Assembly: GCA_030632865.1 (NCBI GenBank)
Contig: DAOVTY010000001.1
Span: 1-35,473 of the forward strand
DNA length: 35,473 bases
Origin: Bacteroidota bacterium
GTDB taxonomy: Bacteria > Bacteroidota > Bacteroidia > Bacteroidales > Prolixibacteraceae
Direction of reading: 5' to 3'
The first letter of the stretch is position 1. Every line of letters begins with the position of its first letter. Below are positions 20,294-29,850 of the stretch, piece after piece. The notes beneath the pieces are model-generated. The model saw only the letters and a program-made list of their open reading frames with translations, made no database searches and was not told the origin of the DNA. The position numbers and the translations under genes are program-made.

Positions 20294-20404
20294 CAAACTA
20301 AACCTAACTAAACCAAACTTATGAAAAAACAGCTTTCGCTGTGAAGTATTTTTAAAAACGTAATTCAGTAAAAAATGTTTTACGTTTAATTGTTTTCATG
20401 ACTA
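20265..20404 (-). ncRNA. Candidate sigma54-dependent small RNA (~140 nt), possibly also encoding a 15-aa peptide (20352-20399)
   Basis: Bracketed by a TTGGCACG promoter and a same-strand terminator with no long ORF between them. Contains an ACAGC-GAAA-GCUGU hairpin and two GGUUUAGUU repeats. The 5' end is inferred from promoter geometry. Confidence 0.55.
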
Positions 20405-20414
20405 CAAAAGGTTT

Positions 20415-20431
20415 TACAAACTACGTGCCAA
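20415..20431 (-). promoter_or_regulatory. sigma54-type promoter
   Basis: Minus strand TTGGCACGTAGTTTGTA: consensus TGGCACG -24 box and TTG-T -12 box at the correct spacing. Confidence 0.65.
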
Positions 20432-20602
20432 AATAACATTCAACACATCAACTTAACTTTTATTAACACAAGGTTTATTTTTTAATATCTGTTTGGCGAA
20501 AATGTTTAAATAATTCCGAGATAATATTCTTTGTCTTAATTTATGAAATAGTAAAATCGGAGTGAGCAAAACAACTCTATCTAATTAAATTTGAAAATTT
20601 GA

Positions 20603-20610
20603 TACCTTTG
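20603..20610 (+). promoter_or_regulatory. -7 element TACCTTTG(CA) for lepA
   Basis: Exact TAnnTTTG 54 nt upstream of the ATG. Confidence 0.65.
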
Positions 20611-20664
20611 CAAAAAATATAAGAGAATTCTATAATTTCTCTTGGAATGATTAATTTGATTTAG

Positions 20665-22452
20665 ATGAAGAACACTCGGAATTTTTGTATAATTGCTCAT
20701 ATCGATCATGGGAAAAGTACCCTTGCAGATCGCCTTTTGGAATTTACCAAAACTGTAGATGAAAGGGAAATGCACGACCAGGTACTCGACAATATGGAAT
20801 TGGAGAAAGAGCGTGGAATAACAATAAAGAGCCATGCCATTCAAATGGACTATTTATACAAAGGTGAGGAGTTTAAATTAAATTTAATTGACACACCCGG
20901 ACACGTCGATTTTTCGTACGAAGTTTCACGCTCAATTGCAGCTTGCGAGGGAGCTTTACTAATTATTGATGCAACTCAGGGAATTCAGGCACAAACCATT
21001 TCTAACCTATATTTGGCAATTGAAAACGATTTGGAAATTATTCCAGTGTTGAATAAAATGGATTTACCCAATGCAATGCCCGAAGATGTAGAAGAGCAAA
21101 TTATAGACCTAATTGGTTGCGACCATGAAGATATTATTCATGCCAGCGGAAAAACAGGAGATGGCATTGAAAATATTCTTGAAAATATAATTCATAAAAT
21201 ACCAGCTCCAAAAGGCGACCCAGAAGCACCTTTACAAGCTCTTATTTTCGATTCAGTTTTTAACTCATTCAGAGGAATTATTGCCTACTTTAAAGTAATA
21301 AATGGTCAAATTAGGAAAGGCGATTTTGTAAAGTTCATTTCAACCGAAAAAGAATATAAAGCAGACGAAGTTGGTGTTTTAAAGCTAGGATTGGAACGAC
21401 GAGATGTACTTTCTGCAGGAGATGTAGGCTATATTATTTCGGGAATTAAAACTGCAAAAGAGGTAAAAGTTGGAGATACAATTACGCATGTAAAAAATCC
21501 GTGTGTAAATATTGTTGAAGGCTTTGAAGAGGTAAAACCTATGGTTTTTGCTGGTATTTACCCGATAGATACTGATGATTATGAAGAGCTGAGAAATGCT
21601 ATGGACAAGTTGCAGTTAAATGACGCTTCGTTAACTTTCGAGCCAGAATCATCTGCAGCACTTGGGTTTGGATTCCGATGTGGATTTCTTGGATTATTGC
21701 ACATGGAAATTATACAAGAAAGATTGGATCGTGAATTTGACATGAACGTGATAACTACTGTTCCCAACGTTTCGTACTTAGCGCATTTAACAAACGGCAC
21801 AACTCAAACAGTTTATAATCCATCTGGGATGCCGGTTTCAACCATGATTCAGCAAATAGACGAGCCATATATTCGTGCAAGTATTATTACAGCATCAGAT
21901 TATATTGGCCCTGTTATGAATTTGTGCCTCGATAAAAGAGGAACTTTGCTGAGCCAAAATTACTTGACAGCAGAACGTGCAGAACTTGTTTTTAATTTAC
22001 CACTTGGCGAAATTGTTTTTGATTTTTACGATAAGCTAAAAAGTATTTCGAAAGGTTACGCATCATTCGATTATCACATGAGTGATTATAAACCCGCAAA
22101 ATTAGTCCGTTTAGATATTCTTTTAAATGGCGAAATGGTTGATGCGCTTTCTACATTAATACATTTTGACAATGCATATAATTTTGGTCGTAGAATGTGC
22201 GAAAAATTAAAGGAACTTATTCCGAGGCAACAATTTGATATTGCAATTCAGGCTGCAATTGGAGCCAAAATTATAGCTCGCGAAACTGTAAAAGCAGTGC
22301 GTAAAGATGTTACAGCAAAATGTTATGGTGGAGATATTACTAGAAAACGTAAATTACTAGAGAAGCAGAAAAAAGGTAAAAAACGAATGAAACAGGTTGG
22401 TAATGTTGAGGTTCCTCAAAAAGCATTTCTTGCTGTTTTAAAGCTCGACTAA
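20665..22452 (+). CDS. lepA: Elongation factor 4
   Basis: [38 protein letters not shown] and [18 protein letters not shown]. Confidence 0.99.
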   Translation: MKNTRNFCIIAHIDHGKSTLADRLLEFTKTVDEREMHDQVLDNMELEKERGITIKSHAIQMDYLYKGEEFKLNLIDTPGHVDFSYEVSRSIAACEGALLIIDATQGIQAQTISNLYLAIENDLEIIPVLNKMDLPNAMPEDVEEQIIDLIGCDHEDIIHASGKTGDGIENILENIIHKIPAPKGDPEAPLQALIFDSVFNSFRGIIAYFKVINGQIRKGDFVKFISTEKEYKADEVGVLKLGLERRDVLSAGDVGYIISGIKTAKEVKVGDTITHVKNPCVNIVEGFEEVKPMVFAGIYPIDTDDYEELRNAMDKLQLNDASLTFEPESSAALGFGFRCGFLGLLHMEIIQERLDREFDMNVITTVPNVSYLAHLTNGTTQTVYNPSGMPVSTMIQQIDEPYIRASIITASDYIGPVMNLCLDKRGTLLSQNYLTAERAELVFNLPLGEIVFDFYDKLKSISKGYASFDYHMSDYKPAKLVRLDILLNGEMVDALSTLIHFDNAYNFGRRMCEKLKELIPRQQFDIAIQAAIGAKIIARETVKAVRKDVTAKCYGGDITRKRKLLEKQKKGKKRMKQVGNVEVPQKAFLAVLKLD

Positions 22453-22502
22453 ATTATTTTGGTAAAAGAAAATATATTTATTTTCGAGGCTATTTTATTA
22501 CT

Positions 22503-22853
22503 TTATACAATCTTTTCAATCAATTTTAAAATTTAAACGGAGCGTATTTTAATTGGAAATCAATCCATTTAAGTGAAGCAACAATTGCTCGCTGATTACT
22601 AAAAGTCAGAAAACTTCCGTACACATGATATTTTCCCATGCCACTATTTCCAACACCTCCAAAAGCTAATTTATGGTTGGTTATGTGCAAAAGAGTATCG
22701 TTAACACATCCTCTACTTATTATTAAGTATTGTAGCTTTCAGCTGTTTAAACTGCTCTAACCTAAAACTGATATCTTTTATTTGCTGTGTATAGAAATAA
22801 TCTCATTTATTTTTAATATGTTGAATGATAATAATTTGCTCCGTATCTTTCAT
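22503..22853 (-). pseudogene. Aldehyde dehydrogenase (ALDH3-like) remnant with a large internal deletion
   Basis: Manual translation gives an N-terminus [45 protein letters not shown], joined out of frame to a C-terminus [29 protein letters not shown]...FSNQRAIV...[13 protein letters not shown], then a frameshifted LKLIEKIV*. Confidence 0.85.
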
Positions 22854-23084
22854 ATTTTTAAATTTAGATTTAGTTTGCGAGTATTTAAACACAAAATACG
22901 CATAAGGTATCCGCAAACTAACGAATAATAGTTTAAGCGAAATACAATAGTTTCATTCTATTCGCAACATAAAACATCTAATTTTAATGGCTACCGGGCT
23001 CTCCAACTAGCAAAATCATCAACCTGTAATTTATATTATCGGGTTTCACAAACTTAAATATTTAGCTAAAAGTAGTTGTAATTA

Positions 23085-23774
23085 TCAAACTATTAATTTA
23101 TACCCTTTTCCGTGTACATTAATAATTTCAACAGATTCTTCTGCTTTTAAATGTTTACGAAGTTTGGTAATATATACATCCATGCTTCGTGCGTTAAAAT
23201 AGTTATCATCAATCCAAATAGATTTTAAAGCATAATTTCTCTCTAAAACCTTATTTTGGTTTTGACAAAGTAACTTTAATAAATCCGACTCTTTTGTAGT
23301 TAATTTCACAGAATTATCGCCTTCAGAAAGTATCTGTTTTAGTGTGTCGAAAGAAAATCGTCCAAGGGTGAAAATTTGTTGATTTGAGGCTTGATTATCC
23401 TGAGATGTTCTTCGTAAAATAGCTTCAATTCTGAGAATTAACTCCTCCATGCTAAAAGGTTTAGTCATGTAATCGTCGGCTCCAATTTTAAATCCTTCCA
23501 AAACATCTTCTTTCATGTTTTTGGCTGTTAGAAATAGTATTGGGATATCGGCATTTACAATTCGAATATCTTTAGCAAGCGAAAAACCATCTTTTTTTGG
23601 CATCATTACATCTAAAACACAAATGTCGAAATGCCCTTTCATAAATCCTTTGTATGCTGCTTCTCCGTCAGGAAATAATTCGGCATCAAAATTTTTGGCT
23701 ATTAAATATTCTTTCAATAATAATCCTAAATTCTCATCATCTTCTGCTAATAATAATTTTACTTTTTGTTCCAT
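23085..23774 (-). CDS. rprY: OmpR-family response regulator RprY
   Basis: LLAEDDENLG, LDVMMPKKDG, FLTAK and winged helix YFNARSMDVYITKLRK...NVHGKGYKL. Confidence 0.88.
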   Translation of the reverse strand: MEQKVKLLLAEDDENLGLLLKEYLIAKNFDAELFPDGEAAYKGFMKGHFDICVLDVMMPKKDGFSLAKDIRIVNADIPILFLTAKNMKEDVLEGFKIGADDYMTKPFSMEELILRIEAILRRTSQDNQASNQQIFTLGRFSFDTLKQILSEGDNSVKLTTKESDLLKLLCQNQNKVLERNYALKSIWIDDNYFNARSMDVYITKLRKHLKAEESVEIINVHGKGYKLIV

Positions 23775-23776
23775 GA

Positions 23777-25315
23777 TTAATTGTTTATTTGTGGCAATAA
23801 TATACTAAACTTAGTTCCTTTATTTAATGCGCTTTCAATTTTTATTTTTCCATTGTGCGAATCTACAACCTTTTTCACATAACTTAATCCCAGTCCAAAA
23901 CCTTTTACATTATGGACGTTCCCTGTGGGTACACGAAAAAAGCGATCAAAAATTTGCACATGATGTTCCTTCGAAATCCCAATGCCATTATCGAGCACCG
24001 AAATTATAATATATTCTTTTACTTTTTCAGTAGATATTTCAATCTCAGGAAATTCTTTACTGTACTTAACTGCGTTATCGAGCAGATTAAAAATTACGTT
24101 TGTTATATGTACTTCATCTCCTTTCGCAATTAAACTTTCATCTAAAATGGTTGCTTTTAGTGTCCCATTCTTACTTTTTACTTTCAATTCAAAATTATCG
24201 GCAACCGTTTTTATCATTTTATTAATATCAAATTCTTTAAATTTGAATTTTATTCTTCCCTCATTAAAAACAGCCATTTGCAGTACTTTCTCAACCTGAA
24301 AACTCAAACGTTTACTTTCCTGATTAATAATATTAGAAACATGAGAAATCATTGATGGAGTGTTTGAAATACTTCCATCTTGCAACATCTGACTCGCCAA
24401 CGAAATTGTGGATATTGGAGTTTTTAACTCGTGTGTCATATTATTAATAAAATCGTTTTTAATGTTCGACAGCTTTTTTTGGCGGAATATTACCATAATT
24501 GTATAAACAAAAATGGCAATTAAAAATGCAGTAAGAATAATAGTCGGGAGAATTGAAATCCCAGTAGCTTTTAAAAGATAACCAGATCGTTTTGGAAAAT
24601 ATATATTTAGATAATTAGGTTTAGGTCCATCAAAATCGTATTGAAATAGACGTTGAACAAATTCCTCATTTCTTCCTGGGTAATAATCAAGATTGCCGAA
24701 TATTATCTTCTCTTTACCTAGATTTGCATTTTTTATGGCATATTTAAAATCAATCTCAATTCCGGTCTCAGCAAATGCTGCTTTTATAATATTATCTAAA
24801 AAAGCGGAATCGATTCTCTCAGTTATAGTGCGTCCTTCAAGAAATATTTTGTATGTTTTCCATGAATCATTTTTTAGCCATAATTCATGCCGTCTTCTTT
24901 GTTCTCTAACAAATAGTTGTGCAATTCCTAACGAATCGCTGGCAGAAAGAGAACTTGTATCGCTAATCGCTAATCTATATCCTTCCTCAATAAATCTGCT
25001 AGATGCTTGCTCTATAACGGTAATCCCAAAACTTAGTGAACTTTGTACATTTTTGTTCCTTGGAAAAGTATTAAGATTTTCAGGCATTTTTGTTTCTATT
25101 GGGAGCTTCTGTTGCCATGCGTTATTTCGTGCTTCCCTTTCTTCAAACTGATCTAACTGATTAGAGACAATAAACAATACACTCGTAACATATCTATTGA
25201 ACTGCTCTTCTCGTATGTCTGAAGCAGATTTTATCATGCTAGTTTGAACTAATATCAAACCTGTAAGCACCGCTACCATAACGACAATTAATGTTATTAG
25301 CATTTTTCGACTCAT
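23777..25315 (-). CDS. rprX: Sensor histidine kinase RprX
   Basis: Two TM segments, H-box FINNMTHELKTPIST, NLLDNAVKY, DNGIGI and VKGFGLGL; directly upstream of rprY. Confidence 0.85.
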   Translation of the reverse strand: MSRKMLITLIVVMVAVLTGLILVQTSMIKSASDIREEQFNRYVTSVLFIVSNQLDQFEEREARNNAWQQKLPIETKMPENLNTFPRNKNVQSSLSFGITVIEQASSRFIEEGYRLAISDTSSLSASDSLGIAQLFVREQRRRHELWLKNDSWKTYKIFLEGRTITERIDSAFLDNIIKAAFAETGIEIDFKYAIKNANLGKEKIIFGNLDYYPGRNEEFVQRLFQYDFDGPKPNYLNIYFPKRSGYLLKATGISILPTIILTAFLIAIFVYTIMVIFRQKKLSNIKNDFINNMTHELKTPISTISLASQMLQDGSISNTPSMISHVSNIINQESKRLSFQVEKVLQMAVFNEGRIKFKFKEFDINKMIKTVADNFELKVKSKNGTLKATILDESLIAKGDEVHITNVIFNLLDNAVKYSKEFPEIEISTEKVKEYIIISVLDNGIGISKEHHVQIFDRFFRVPTGNVHNVKGFGLGLSYVKKVVDSHNGKIKIESALNKGTKFSILLPQINN

Positions 25316-25319
25316 GCAA

Positions 25320-25327
25320 CAAAGATA
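25320..25327 (-). promoter_or_regulatory. -7 element TATCTTTG only 4 nt before the rprX ATG
   Basis: Minus strand reads TATCTTTG-TTGC-ATG. Confidence 0.6.
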
Positions 25328-25464
25328 GTTTTATTGAAATTCTATGAATTATTAACTTAACAATATTTAACAGAGAATGTTAAAATGTAAACTTTATTAA
25401 CCAGCAATCGAATAATCAGTCGATAAATCGTTTATATTTAACATATATTAATGAATATATTGAT

Positions 25465-26037
25465 TTAATAGGAGCGTAAAAGAACTTTCTCGATCTCTTC
25501 AGGAAAGTGTTTGTACTCTAATTTGTGAATTTTATTTGCAACGTCATTTGGCAAATCTGTTGGAAGAACAGGGCATTTTACTTGAAATATCATCTCTCCA
25601 TCGTCATATTTGTCGTTTACAAAATGAATAGAAATTCCAGACTCCGTTTCTCTGTTTTCTACAACTGCATTATGAACATTCATTCCATACATTCCTTTCC
25701 CACCATATTTAGGTAAAAGTGCCGGATGTATATTTATAATCTTAAAGGTTTCAGTTAAATTTGAAGGAAGTAGCCATAAAAAACCTGCCAAAACTATTAA
25801 ATCTATACCGCGCTCAATTAACTTTTTAACAATAAAATTACCATTTACAAACTCATTTTTATCAAAAATAAATGTTTTTATCCCAAACTCTTTTGCTCTC
25901 TGCAAAACATAGGCATTTTTTTTATTAGTCCAAATAGAATCTACTTTAACTTTCTCATTTTCAGAAAAATACTCTATTATATTTTGTGCATTAGTACCCG
26001 AGCCCGAGGCAAATATTGCAATCTTTTTTATTTCCAT
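25465..26037 (-). CDS. purN: Phosphoribosylglycinamide formyltransferase
   Basis: IAIFASGSGTNA, LAGFL, INIHPALLPKYGG and HFVNDKYDDG. Confidence 0.95.
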   Translation of the reverse strand: MEIKKIAIFASGSGTNAQNIIEYFSENEKVKVDSIWTNKKNAYVLQRAKEFGIKTFIFDKNEFVNGNFIVKKLIERGIDLIVLAGFLWLLPSNLTETFKIINIHPALLPKYGGKGMYGMNVHNAVVENRETESGISIHFVNDKYDDGEMIFQVKCPVLPTDLPNDVANKIHKLEYKHFPEEIEKVLLRSY

Positions 26038-26221
26038 TTTAACAATTCTTTAAAGTATCGAACATTTGAATAAAGTATTCAAATCAAGTACATTATATCT
26101 TACTTATAATTCAAGTTAACATCTTTTTTAATTTTTTTCTTTGAGATATAGCGTGTAAATGTATTACTTTGCAGCGAATTATTTAAAAACAAATTTAAGT
26201 ATTAATCAAAATTTTAAAATT

Positions 26222-26458
26222 ATGTCTGACGTTGCAGCAAAAGTAAAAGCAATAATCGTGGATAAATTAGGAGTTGACGAAAGTGAAGTAACCACTGAAG
26301 CATCTTTCACTAATGATTTGGGTGCCGATTCACTCGACACAGTAGAATTAATTATGGAATTCGAAAAGGAATTCGACCTTGCTATTCCAGATGATGAAGC
26401 TGAAAAGATTTCTACAGTAGGAGAAGCTGTTTCACACATCGAAGCAGCAGTTAAGTAA
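26222..26458 (+). CDS. acpP: Acyl carrier protein
   Basis: [12 protein letters not shown] phosphopantetheine site; start moved to ATG 26222 (MSDVAAKVK). Confidence 0.97.
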   Translation: MSDVAAKVKAIIVDKLGVDESEVTTEASFTNDLGADSLDTVELIMEFEKEFDLAIPDDEAEKISTVGEAVSHIEAAVK

Positions 26459-26478
26459 ATTTCACATAACATTCATTT

Positions 26479-27720
26479 ATGGAATTAAGACGGGTAGTTA
26501 TAACTGGTATTGGAACTGTAAATCCATTGGGAAGCTCTGTAGAAGAGTATTGGAATAACCTCAAAAATGGAGTAAGCGGAGCTGGCCCAATCACACGTTT
26601 CGATGCGTCGCTGCAAAAAACAAAGTTTGCATGCGAGGTAAAGGATTTTGATGCAACCCGGTTTATGGAGCGTAAAGATGCTCGTAAATACGATTTGTAC
26701 ACACAATTCGCATTTGCCAGTACTGATGGTGCCATAAAGGATTCTGGTCTGGATATTGAAAAAATTGATGGTGACAGAGTTGGGGTTATTTGGGGTGCCG
26801 GAATTGGTGGTCTTCAAACTTTTTTTGAAGAAAGTAGAGCATATAAAGAAGAAAGACCAAGGTTCTCTCCGTATTTTATCCCTAAAATGATTGCTAATAT
26901 TGCAGGAGGATTACTCTCTATTAAGTATGGTTTTAGAGGACCTAATTATACTACTGTTAGTGCTTGTGCATCAGCATCGCATGCAATGATTGACGCTTTT
27001 AACATGATTCGCATGGGAAAAGCAGATATTATGCTAACTGGTGGCTCTGAGGCAGGAGTTAACGAAGCTGGCATTGCCGGGTTCAACTCTATGAGAGCAA
27101 TATCAACTCGCAATGATGATCCTAAAACTGCCTCGCGTCCATTTGATAAAGACCGTGATGGTTTTGTAATGGGCGAAGGTTCGACAGCATTTATTTTCGA
27201 AGAGTACGAAAGTGCTAAAAAGCGAGGTGCCAAAATTTATGCAGAAATGGCTGGTGGAGGTATGTCTGCTGATGCATTTCATATGACTGCTCCTGACCCA
27301 GAAGGAAGAGGTGCAAATTTAGTTATGAAATGGGCATTGGAAGATGCAGGATTGAACCGTGAAGAAATTGATTACATTAATGTTCATGGCACTTCTACTC
27401 CGCTTGGAGATATTGCTGAACCAAAGGCAATTTTAAAAACCTTTGGCGACCATGCTTACAAATTAAGTATTAGTTCAACAAAATCGATGACTGGCCATTT
27501 ACTTGGTGCAGCCGGTGCAGTTGAAGGGCTAGCTTGTATTTTGGCAATTAATAACAATATTGTACCGCCTACAATTAATCATTTTACAGATGATCCTGAG
27601 GTTGATAATAAATTGGATTTCACATTCAATACTGCCAAAGAAAGGGAAGTTAATATTGCAATTAGCAATACATTTGGTTTTGGTGGGCACAATGCAACAG
27701 TAGTATTTAAAAAACTGTAG
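26479..27720 (+). CDS. fabF: 3-oxoacyl-ACP synthase II
   Basis: RRVVITGIG, SACAS (catalytic Cys), NVHGTST, KSMTGHLLGAAG and SNTFGFGGHN. Confidence 0.97.
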   Translation: MELRRVVITGIGTVNPLGSSVEEYWNNLKNGVSGAGPITRFDASLQKTKFACEVKDFDATRFMERKDARKYDLYTQFAFASTDGAIKDSGLDIEKIDGDRVGVIWGAGIGGLQTFFEESRAYKEERPRFSPYFIPKMIANIAGGLLSIKYGFRGPNYTTVSACASASHAMIDAFNMIRMGKADIMLTGGSEAGVNEAGIAGFNSMRAISTRNDDPKTASRPFDKDRDGFVMGEGSTAFIFEEYESAKKRGAKIYAEMAGGGMSADAFHMTAPDPEGRGANLVMKWALEDAGLNREEIDYINVHGTSTPLGDIAEPKAILKTFGDHAYKLSISSTKSMTGHLLGAAGAVEGLACILAINNNIVPPTINHFTDDPEVDNKLDFTFNTAKEREVNIAISNTFGFGGHNATVVFKKL

Positions 27721-27726
27721 GAAACT

Positions 27727-28455
27727 GTGGTTAAAAGAATAGTACAACGAGTAAAACTCTTTTCGTCTGATCGGAAAGAGTTTTATTTGTTTTTAAAGGG
27801 TCTCATAGGTTTTTATCCTCAAAATCTTAAATTGTATGACCTAGCTTTTATGCATAAATCGGCTTCAACTGTTGATTCTCAAGGAAACTTTGTAAACAAT
27901 GAGCGTCTAGAGTTTTTGGGAGATGCTGTTTTAGGTTCCATAATTGCCGATTTTTTATACAACCGTTTCCCTCAAGAAGATGAGGGTTTTCTTACTAAAA
28001 CACGTTCAAAATTAGTTAATCGCACCTTTCTCACCAATCTTACTTTCGAGATGGGGTTAAACGTTTTTATTGATGCAAAAACAACCTCTAGCATTAAAAA
28101 GAGTCATATTTTTGGCGATGTACTAGAAGCTCTAATTGGTGCTATTTATTTGGATAAAGACTATCAAACTGCTAAGTTTTTTGTAATTAAAAAAATACTC
28201 ACTTTTGTAGATCTTAACGAAGTTGAACAGAGCGATTCAAACTATAAAAGCCAGCTAATTGAGTGGAGTCAAAAGAATAGAAAAGAGATAACTTTTGAAA
28301 CGGTTGAAGAACCTTCGGAAAATTATAAACAGCCGGTATTTAAAGCAGTTGTTAAGATAAATAATAAACAGTTAGGTAGTGGATCAGGGACTTCAAAAAA
28401 AGAAGCACATCAAAAAGCTGCCAAAGAAGCCTTCGGAAAACTCAAAGATTTATAA
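27727..28455 (+). CDS. rnc: Ribonuclease III
   Basis: NERLEFLGDAVL, DVLEALIGAIYLD and a dsRBD (NYKSQLIEW...GSGTSKKEAHQ). GTG start. Confidence 0.95.
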   Translation: MVKRIVQRVKLFSSDRKEFYLFLKGLIGFYPQNLKLYDLAFMHKSASTVDSQGNFVNNERLEFLGDAVLGSIIADFLYNRFPQEDEGFLTKTRSKLVNRTFLTNLTFEMGLNVFIDAKTTSSIKKSHIFGDVLEALIGAIYLDKDYQTAKFFVIKKILTFVDLNEVEQSDSNYKSQLIEWSQKNRKEITFETVEEPSENYKQPVFKAVVKINNKQLGSGSGTSKKEAHQKAAKEAFGKLKDL

Positions 28456-28519
28456 CCAGTTCTCTTATTTTATTTTTCAAAAGTCTTTATTACTATATTT
28501 GCCCCTTACTTATAAATTA

Positions 28520-29206
28520 ATGGAAAATTATGTAATAATTGGATTAGGATTTTTAGCACAAGCGCTTTTTTTTATGAGAACGATTGCTCAGTGGTTTAAA
28601 TCAGAACAAGAAGGTGAAGTTATTTCTCCGGCAATTTACTGGCAAATAAGTTTACTGGCATCTATTATAATGCTAACATACGGAATTCTTCGTAATGATT
28701 TTGCCATTGTTGTAGGTCAGTTTTTAGTTTACAGTATTTACATTCGCAATCTTCAATTAAAAAAAGCATGGACTAAAATGTACTGGGCTGTAAAAGTTTT
28801 AGCAATTTTTATTCCATTGAGTTACCTTGGGTGGTTATTTCTATCAGACAATTTCAGCACAATTTTCAATAATAAAGATATATCAATATTTTGGTTGATC
28901 TGGGGAATTACTGCACATCTTGTTTTTATTTCGCGTTTTTTTTATCAGTGGATTTATTCTGAAAACAGAAAGGAATCGGTTCTGCCACTTGGCTTTTGGA
29001 TAATAAGCACTGCTGGTTCGTTAATGATTTTTACTTATTCTATTTCGCGGCTCGACCCTGTTTTGTTTGCCGCTCACAGTTTGGGATTATTTATTTATAC
29101 TCGCAATATTCTGTTACATTACGGAAAAGGCAGCCTATTTTCTAAGTTGAACAAAATTCCTTTCTTGAATAAAATTATTGGAAAAGTTTCGAGTAAAATA
29201 AAATAG
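28520..29206 (+). CDS. Membrane protein with two lipid-A-disaccharide synthase N-terminal (LAB_N) repeats
   Basis: Repeats AQALFFMRTIAQWFKSE...PAIYWQISL and AHLVFISRFFYQWIYSE...SVLPLGFWIIS. Start moved to ATG 28520, after a TATATTTG element at 28494-28501. Confidence 0.85.
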   Translation: MENYVIIGLGFLAQALFFMRTIAQWFKSEQEGEVISPAIYWQISLLASIIMLTYGILRNDFAIVVGQFLVYSIYIRNLQLKKAWTKMYWAVKVLAIFIPLSYLGWLFLSDNFSTIFNNKDISIFWLIWGITAHLVFISRFFYQWIYSENRKESVLPLGFWIISTAGSLMIFTYSISRLDPVLFAAHSLGLFIYTRNILLHYGKGSLFSKLNKIPFLNKIIGKVSSKIK

Positions 29207-29251
29207 GCCAACCCACTAAAGATTGACCTGTTTTAATTGTTTTCTGAAAAT

Positions 29252-29626
29252 CTATTTTTTACGTTTAATTTTCTCTCTCAAAACCATCCAAACAGGAATT
29301 GACAGAATAAAATAAAATAATCCATATAAAGGGACAATCATGCTAACTCTTAATCCGCCTGCAATAAGGGCAGGAGAGACATCTCCGGCAGCCTGAATAG
29401 CAGCAAAGGCAGCAAACACACCAACTGCCTGCCCTAACAAACCAATAATAAATGCAAGACTTCCGTACATAATAATGTAATTTACGCCCTTACCACTATA
29501 ATCATTTTTTACAAGTACATTGATTATACTTTTTACTGAATAAAAAATCATGGCAACTCCTAGAATAGTTACAACTGTCATAAATTGAACTCCACCCATT
29601 TTAAATAATTCAAATAAACTCATCAT
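29252..29626 (-). CDS. Small MotA/TolQ/ExbB-like membrane protein
   Basis: FKMGGVQFM...IGLLGQAVG...AFAAIQAAGDVSPALIAGGLRVS. A TAATTTTG -7 element lies at 29679-29686 (-). Confidence 0.75.
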   Translation of the reverse strand: MMSLFELFKMGGVQFMTVVTILGVAMIFYSVKSIINVLVKNDYSGKGVNYIIMYGSLAFIIGLLGQAVGVFAAFAAIQAAGDVSPALIAGGLRVSMIVPLYGLFYFILSIPVWMVLREKIKRKK

Positions 29627-29850
29627 TTTTAGTTTTAAATTTATACTGAAACAATTTTAATTGATTCAATATTTACGACAAAATTAAATCGATTAATTAC
29701 CTGAAAACACACTAAAACAACTATAAATCAAATTCATACTACAACATAGTAATTCTTTGTCGTTTTCAATTAAGATTGTGCAGTTCATCGATAAAAATTG
29801 TTTATAGTAAAAAAAGATGTAATTTTTCGTCGAAAATATTATTTCAAGAA

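Noticed and set aside
20296-20319. AACTAAACC repeats as a CRISPR array
   Set aside because: Only 9-bp units with a 1-nt gap, no spacers and no cas genes.
20321-20344. Plus-strand ORF MKKQLSL with a good-looking leader
   Set aside because: Only 7 codons and no plus-strand promoter or terminator fits; better explained as the complement of the minus-strand RNA.
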